Origin: Alphaproteobacteria bacterium
GTDB lineage: Bacteria; Pseudomonadota; Alphaproteobacteria; GCA-2731375
Assembly (NCBI GenBank): GCA_965225945.1
Contig: CBDDBZ010000031.1
Location: 192,001 to 256,000, forward strand
Reading direction: 5' to 3'
DNA length: 64,000 nt
A model generated the notes under the pieces. That model ran no database searches. It was not told the origin of the DNA and saw only the letters and a program-made list of their open reading frames with translations. A program made the translations under genes and the position numbers. Of this stretch, positions 58,318-64,000 are shown one piece after another (within the stretch, counting starts at the first letter, position 1; every line of letters starts with the position of its first letter).

Positions 58318-59907
58318 ATGTCCCAGTCGATGGAACTCGAGCGCTTGGCCAAGGAAGGTCGGATCTCGCGGCGTGAGTTCATGTCTCGCGCGGCGGCGGC
58401 GGGCCTGACGACGGCCATGGCGACCTCGCTGATGAGCGGGACCGCGCTCTCGGCGCCCATGAAGGGCGGCAAGTGGCGCATGGGCACCGCGCACGGTCAC
58501 ACGACGGATACGCTCGATCCCGGCCAGTTCGCCAACGGCGGCATCAACCTAATCGGCTATGCGCTCCGTAACCATCTGACCGAGGTGGACAACACCGGAA
58601 AGCTGGTGCCGGAACTGGCGGAGAGCTGGTCGGCCTCGGGCGACGCCGCGCAGTGGACCTTCACGCTTCGCCAGGGGGTCGAGTTCCACAACGGCAAGAC
58701 CATGGACGTCAACGACGTCATCGCCTCGATCAACCATCACCGGGGCGAGACCAAGTCGGCGGCGAAGCCGATCCTGGCGGCGGTCAAGGAGCTGAAGGCC
58801 GACGGCATGGACAAGGTCGTGTTCACGCTGGAGGGCGGCAACGCCGACTTCCCCTTCATCTTGAGCGACTATCACGTGGCGATCATGCCGGCGAATTCCG
58901 ACGGCACGGTCGACTGGCGCTCGGGCATCGGCACCGGCGGCTACACGCTGCAAGGCTTCGAGCCGGGCATCCGCATGACCGGCAAGCGCAATCCGAACTA
59001 CTGGAAGGAAGGACGAGCCAACTTCGACGAGATCGAGATCCTGACCATCGCCGACGTCGCGGCGCGGATCGACGCGCTGATCACCGGCGAGATCGATTCC
59101 ATGGACCGGGTCGACCTGAAGACCGTGCATCTGCTGAAGCCGCGCGAGAACATCAAGATCGAGGAGGTCACGGGCACGCTCCACTACACCGTCCCGATGC
59201 ACATGGACGTGGCGCCGTTCGACAACCACGACGTGCGGATGGCGCTGAAACTCGCCATCGACCGCGAGAAGCTGTTGAAGACCATCTTGGGCGGCCACGG
59301 CGTGCTGGGCAACGATCACCCGATCAGCACCGCCAACCGTTATCACGCGAGCAACTTGCCGCAGCGTACCTACGACATCGACAAGGCCAAGTACCACCTG
59401 AAGAAGGCGGGTCTCGGTAAGCTCGAGGTAAATCTTTCCGCCGCCGACGCCGCCTTCGCCGGCGCGGTCGACGCCGCCGTCCTCTACAAGGAGCACGCGG
59501 CGCCGGCCGGCATCGCGATCACCGTGGTGCGGGAGCCCAACGACGGCTACTGGTCCAACGTTTGGCTGAAGAAGCCCTGGGCCATGGTCTATTGGGAGGG
59601 GCGGGCGACCGAGGACTGGATGTTCTCCCAGGCCTATGCCCGAGGCGCGGACTGGAACGAATCCCATCTCGACCACGCCAGGTTCAACAAACTGCTGATC
59701 GCGGCGCGGGCAGAGCTCGACGAGCCCAAGCGGCGCGAGATGTATGTCGAGATGCAGTGCATCGTCCGCGACGAGGGCGGCACCGTGGTGCCGATGTTCG
59801 CCAACTTCGTCCTCGCCAGCTCGAAAAAGGTCGCGCACGACAAGTCGATGGCGGGGAACTGGGACATGGACGGCTCCAAGGCCGCCGAGCGGTGGTGGTT
59901 CGGTTGA
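58318..59907 (+). CDS. Dpp/Opp ABC substrate-binding protein (Tat signal), orphan paralog
   Basis: SRREFM, PELAESW, GVEFHNG, GNDHPI. Confidence 0.9.
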   Translation: MSQSMELERLAKEGRISRREFMSRAAAAGLTTAMATSLMSGTALSAPMKGGKWRMGTAHGHTTDTLDPGQFANGGINLIGYALRNHLTEVDNTGKLVPELAESWSASGDAAQWTFTLRQGVEFHNGKTMDVNDVIASINHHRGETKSAAKPILAAVKELKADGMDKVVFTLEGGNADFPFILSDYHVAIMPANSDGTVDWRSGIGTGGYTLQGFEPGIRMTGKRNPNYWKEGRANFDEIEILTIADVAARIDALITGEIDSMDRVDLKTVHLLKPRENIKIEEVTGTLHYTVPMHMDVAPFDNHDVRMALKLAIDREKLLKTILGGHGVLGNDHPISTANRYHASNLPQRTYDIDKAKYHLKKAGLGKLEVNLSAADAAFAGAVDAAVLYKEHAAPAGIAITVVREPNDGYWSNVWLKKPWAMVYWEGRATEDWMFSQAYARGADWNESHLDHARFNKLLIAARAELDEPKRREMYVEMQCIVRDEGGTVVPMFANFVLASSKKVAHDKSMAGNWDMDGSKAAERWWFG

Positions 59908-59958
59908 GGGAATAGGCTCGCCCGGGACTTTGCTCGTTGTTATGAGCGAGACCGCCGT

Positions 59959-61665
59959 CTACCGCCCGGCGACGATGCCCTCGCGCCGGGGATCGGCGCC
60001 GCCCAGCAGGCGTCCGTCGCGGATCACAATCGCGTGCAAGCCGCTGCCGAGCGGGCGAACCTTCACCTCGTGGCCGCGCGCGCGCAGGGCGCCCGCCCAG
60101 CCTGCCGCCACTGTCCCCGCCTCCAGCTCCAGCGCCTTGCCGTTGCGATGCAGGATATGGCCTTGGGCCACGGCCGCCTGGGGCGCCATGCCCCAATCCA
60201 GGATCGCGATCAGCGCCTGCGCGACATAGGCGATGATGCGGCTGCCGCCGGGCGAGCCGATCAGCAGCAGCGGCCGGCCGTCCTCCAGCACGATGGTCGG
60301 CGACATCGAGCTTCGGGGCCGCTTGCCGCCTTCCACCCGGTTGGCGACCGGCCGGCCCTCGCGCGTCGGGTGGAAGTCGAAATCGGTCAGCTCGTTGTTC
60401 AGCAGGAATCCCGCCGCCATCACCCGGCTTCCGAAACCGCTTTCGATCGTTGTGGTCATGGAGAGTGCGTTGCCGGCGGAATCGCGGATGACGAAATGGC
60501 TGGTGCCGGCGCCCTCGCGCGGATCGCCCGAAGGGGGCCGCCAGGTCTTCTTCGCGGGCGGCGTCCCGGCCTCGGCCTTGCCGCTGCTTCGGACGGGATC
60601 GATTCGCCTCGCCCGCTCGGCCAGGTAGCCGGCATCGAGCAGGCCCGCGACCGGCACCGCCACGAAGTCGGCGTCGCCCAAGTAGCGAGCGCGGTCGGCA
60701 TAGGCGAGCTTTTCGGCCTCGGCGATCAGGTGCGCGCTCTCCGGCCCGGAGCCGAGGGCGGCGAGGTCGAAGCCCCGGAGCAGCCCCAGAATCTGCCCGA
60801 CGGCGATGCCGCCCGAGGTCGGCGGGCCCATGCCGCAGACCTGGCGGCCGCGATAGTCGAGGCAGACCGCCGCGCGCTCGACGACCCGGTAGGCCGCCAT
60901 GTCGTCGCGCGTGATGGTGGCGGGGCCGATGCTCGCCGCCGCCGCCGCCGCCACGATCGCCGCGGCGATCTCGCCCTCGTAGAAGGCGTCCGCGCCGTCG
61001 TTGGCCAGACGGCGCAAGGTCGCCGCATAGGCCGGGTTGCGGAGCCGCGTGCCGGCCGCCGGCGGGGCGCCGCCGGCGTCGAGGAAATACGCACTCGTCG
61101 CCGCGAAGCGGTCGAGCCCCCGGGCCTTGGCGATCGAGGCGGCGAGGCGGGGCGAGACCTCGAAGCCGTCCTTCGCGAGCCGCAGCGCCGGGCCGAACAG
61201 GTCTTTCCAGGGCCGTGTCCCGAAGCGGCGATGCAGCACCTCCAGCAGGCGAGGCGTGCCGGGAACGCCGACGGACTGGCCGCCGATCACGGCGCGCCAG
61301 AATTTCATGCCCTTGCCCTGGGCGTCGAGAAAGCGTTCCGGCCGGGCCAGGGCCGGCGCCGTCTCGCGAGCGTCGAAGGCGTGCAACGTCCGGCTTTCCG
61401 CCTCCCAGTAGAGCGCGAAGGCGCCGCCGCCGAGACCGGAGGATTGCGGCTCCACCAGGCCGAGCACGAGTTGCACCGCGACGGCTGCGTCGGCCGCCGT
61501 GCCGCCGGCCTCCAGGACCGCGATTCCGGCCTCGACGCCCGAGGGATGGGCCGCCACCACCATATGGTTTTCCGCCGCCGTGGCCGGGGTGGTCAGAAGC
61601 GATGCTGCCAGCGCCGTAGCGAGGCGCCAAGCGCTTCGCGTCATGCCAAGTTCCGTCATCGTCAT
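59959..61665 (-). CDS. ggt: Gamma-glutamyltransferase
   Basis: VEPQSSGLGGG, DARE, GVPG, GTSHF nucleophile, LNNELTDF, RPRSSMSP, GSPGG. Confidence 0.94.
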   Translation of the reverse strand: MTMTELGMTRSAWRLATALAASLLTTPATAAENHMVVAAHPSGVEAGIAVLEAGGTAADAAVAVQLVLGLVEPQSSGLGGGAFALYWEAESRTLHAFDARETAPALARPERFLDAQGKGMKFWRAVIGGQSVGVPGTPRLLEVLHRRFGTRPWKDLFGPALRLAKDGFEVSPRLAASIAKARGLDRFAATSAYFLDAGGAPPAAGTRLRNPAYAATLRRLANDGADAFYEGEIAAAIVAAAAAASIGPATITRDDMAAYRVVERAAVCLDYRGRQVCGMGPPTSGGIAVGQILGLLRGFDLAALGSGPESAHLIAEAEKLAYADRARYLGDADFVAVPVAGLLDAGYLAERARRIDPVRSSGKAEAGTPPAKKTWRPPSGDPREGAGTSHFVIRDSAGNALSMTTTIESGFGSRVMAAGFLLNNELTDFDFHPTREGRPVANRVEGGKRPRSSMSPTIVLEDGRPLLLIGSPGGSRIIAYVAQALIAILDWGMAPQAAVAQGHILHRNGKALELEAGTVAAGWAGALRARGHEVKVRPLGSGLHAIVIRDGRLLGGADPRREGIVAGR

Positions 61666-61849
61666 TTCCCCCGCCGGCCCCGACGATGGCTTCGCGCCGT
61701 TCTGGGGTACCCCTTGACGATAGCACGCCTGTCGCTAGGCGCGCATATCGGCCGTGGCGACGTCGGCGGCACGATTTGCCGGGCCGGCGAAATGGTCTAT
61801 GACTCTGGGCGCCGGGTGGCCGATGGCGTCAAGGACAGGGAGTGGGGAG

Positions 61850-62926
61850 ATGGTGGCGAGAGGGGTGGCGATATTGGGTGCGGCGGCGGTGCTTGCGGCC
61901 TTCTGGCTGGCGGGGCCGGTGGCGGCGCAGGACCTCAAGGTCGGTTTCGTCTACGTCGGGCCGGTCGGCGATCACGGCTGGACCTATCGCCACGACATCG
62001 GCCGGAGAGCGATCGAGGAGGCGCTGGGGGCCAAGGTCAAGACCAGCTTCGTCGAGAACGTCAAGGAAGGCCCCGACGCCGAGCGGGTGATCAACCAGTT
62101 GGCCAAGAGCGGCCACGGCCTGATCTTCACCACCTCCTTCGGCTTCATGAACCCGACCCTCAAGGCGGCCAAGCGCCATCCCAAGGTGAGGTTCGAGCAC
62201 GCCACCGGCTACAAGCGGGGCGGCAACCTCTCGACCTACATGGCCCGCTTCTATGAGGGCCGCTACGTCGCCGGCGTGATCGCCGGCAAGATGACCAAGA
62301 CCAACACCATCGGCTATGTCGCCTCCTTCCCGATTCCCGAGGTCGTGCGCGGCATCAACGCGCTGATGCTGGGCGCCCGCTCGGTCAATCCGGAGGTCAA
62401 GATCAAGGTGGTCTGGGTCTCCACCTGGTACGACCCGGGCAAGGAGGGCGACGCGGCCAAGGCGCTGATCGACCAGGGCGCCGACATCATCACCCAACAC
62501 ACCGACAGCCCGGCCCCGCTGCAGGTCGCCGAGCGGCGCGGCGTCAAGGGCTTCGGCCAAGCCTCCGACATGATCGCCTTCGCGCCCAAGGCGCAGCTCA
62601 CCGCGATCATCGACAACTGGGACGGCTACTACGTCGCCCGGGCCAAGGCGGTGCTCGACGGCAAGTGGACCGCCGGCGACACTTGGGGCGGCATGGCCCA
62701 GGGCATGGTCGAGATGGCGCGCTATACCAACATGGCCGATGACGTGGCGGCGCTGGCGGCCTCGACCGCGGCCAAGATCACTGCCGGCACATTGCATCCC
62801 TTCCAGGGTCCGATCCGCGATCAGAAGGGCAAGGCGGTGGTCGCCGAGGGCGCGCGGCTGGGCGACGGCAAGCTCCTGGGCATGGACTGGTATGTCGAGG
62901 GCGTCGAGGGCGAGCTGCCGAAATAG
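61850..62926 (+). CDS. BMP family ABC substrate-binding protein (nucleoside-type)
   Basis: VGFVYVGPVGDHGW, TTSFGFM, EHATG, WYDPGKE. Confidence 0.92.
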   Translation: MVARGVAILGAAAVLAAFWLAGPVAAQDLKVGFVYVGPVGDHGWTYRHDIGRRAIEEALGAKVKTSFVENVKEGPDAERVINQLAKSGHGLIFTTSFGFMNPTLKAAKRHPKVRFEHATGYKRGGNLSTYMARFYEGRYVAGVIAGKMTKTNTIGYVASFPIPEVVRGINALMLGARSVNPEVKIKVVWVSTWYDPGKEGDAAKALIDQGADIITQHTDSPAPLQVAERRGVKGFGQASDMIAFAPKAQLTAIIDNWDGYYVARAKAVLDGKWTAGDTWGGMAQGMVEMARYTNMADDVAALAASTAAKITAGTLHPFQGPIRDQKGKAVVAEGARLGDGKLLGMDWYVEGVEGELPK

Positions 62927-62963
62927 CCGCGAGGGAAATTCGCGCAAGCGGGGACGAGACGAG

Positions 62964-63794
62964 ATGGCCGGAAGTCTTTCCAGCGACGAGGTCGAGCGTT
63001 ACCGGCGGGACGGCATCCTGGCGCCGTTGCCGGTGCTGCCGACGGCGGAGGCGGCGGCCTGCCACGCTCGCTACCAGGCATTTCGGACCGAGCGTCCGGA
63101 TGAGGCGAGGGCCATCTTTCGCGCCAAGCCGCATCTGCTGTTCCCCTGGATTTACGATTTGGTGCGCGATCCCCGGGTGCTGGACCCGGTGGAATCGATT
63201 CTCGGTCCCAACCTGCTGGCCTGGGGCACCAGCTTCTTCGCCAAGGAGGCCCATGATCCCGCCTACGTCACCTGGCATCAGGACTCGACCTACTGGGGGC
63301 TCGAGCCGCACGACATCCTGACCGCCTGGATCGCGCTGACGGCGAGCCGGCGCGAGAACGGCTGCATGCGCGTGGTGCCGGGAAGCCATCGGGGCGGACA
63401 GATCGCCCACCGCGACACCTTCGCCGCCGACAACATACTCAGCCGGGGTCAGGAGCTCGAGGTCGAGGTCGACGAGGCCGATGCCCGCGACGTGGCCTTG
63501 GCGCCGGGTGAGATGTCGCTGCACCACGTGGGGATCGTGCACGGTTCGGAGCCCAACCAGAGCGAGCTGCCCCGGGTCGGCTTTGTGATCCGCTACATTC
63601 CGAGCCATGTGCGCCAATCGGGTGGCCGGACGACGGCCACGTTGGCGCGCGGCGTGGACGAATTTGACCACTTCGACCTGGAACCGCGCCCCCAAGGCGA
63701 GTGCGCGCCGGCGGCGCGCGCCTATCGCGACGCCTCCCTCGCCGCGACCGCCAGCGTGCTGATGGACGGCGCGGCGGAGAACCGGGTCTACTAG
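62964..63794 (+). CDS. Phytanoyl-CoA dioxygenase (PhyH) family protein
   Basis: WHQD..YW, WIAL, NGCM.V.PGSH, HGS.PN.S..R. Confidence 0.92.
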   Translation: MAGSLSSDEVERYRRDGILAPLPVLPTAEAAACHARYQAFRTERPDEARAIFRAKPHLLFPWIYDLVRDPRVLDPVESILGPNLLAWGTSFFAKEAHDPAYVTWHQDSTYWGLEPHDILTAWIALTASRRENGCMRVVPGSHRGGQIAHRDTFAADNILSRGQELEVEVDEADARDVALAPGEMSLHHVGIVHGSEPNQSELPRVGFVIRYIPSHVRQSGGRTTATLARGVDEFDHFDLEPRPQGECAPAARAYRDASLAATASVLMDGAAENRVY

Positions 63795-64000
63795 AGGAAG
63801 GTCGCCGTGCTGTCGGCCAGCGTCACGGTGATATGGCCCATAGTGGTGTCGGCGCGGGCGCCGTGCCAGTGCCGCTCGCCCGACTTGATGTGCACCACGT
63901 CGCCGACGGCGATCGCGATCTCCTCGGCCTCGTTGGCGACCATGCCCTCGCCCGAGGTGACGATCAGGATCTGATCGCAGTCGTGTAGGTGCCAGCCGGT
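63791..64000 (-). CDS. Cupin domain protein (5' truncated by window)
   Basis: Own translation: TGWHLHDCDQILIVTSGEG...GDVVHI...ERHWHGA...FL*. Confidence 0.85.
   Translation of the reverse strand, partial: TGWHLHDCDQILIVTSGEGMVANEAEEIAIAVGDVVHIKSGERHWHGARADTTMGHITVTLADSTATFL

Noticed and set aside
1-64000. Many long antisense or alternate-frame ORFs (e.g. 21272-23563, 47248-49605, 60034-62256, 18984-20591)
   Set aside because: Shadow ORFs expected at high GC; they overlap genes with clear motifs and lack motifs themselves.

Overview
GC-rich alphaproteobacterial (probably Rhodospirillales-like) chromosomal window. Core gene blocks are helicase-hslR-terB-fdxA-carD, tRNA-Pro-ispB and secB/fxsA/tim44/mltA/smr. 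Around them lie catabolic and transport genes: a TRAP transporter, two Dpp/Opp ABC systems, lutABC, a CoA-transferase, an LLM oxidoreductase, TauD/PhyH dioxygenases, a haloalkane dehalogenase and GGT. There are two accessory regions. (1) A ~7-kb islet at the tRNA-Pro(CGG) 3' end. It holds a chimeric rpoH::tauD remnant and a 4.1-kb IS21-family element whose terminal inverted repeats enclose four coupled ORFs (Cys-rich Zn-finger, IstA, IstB, DUF3991/TOPRIM primase-like) plus a ~140-nt structured non-coding segment with G-U-type pairing. This element is the best candidate for an undescribed system. (2) A HigBA module next to a low-GC ATPase-TOPRIM (OLD-like) putative defence gene disrupted by IS66 and two IS4 copies, with ISAs1 in its leader; the target duplications allow part of the insertion order to be read. 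Several long perfect palindromes and many point-lesion pseudogenes suggest ongoing genome decay or assembly errors. All product calls come from motif recognition by eye, not database searches.
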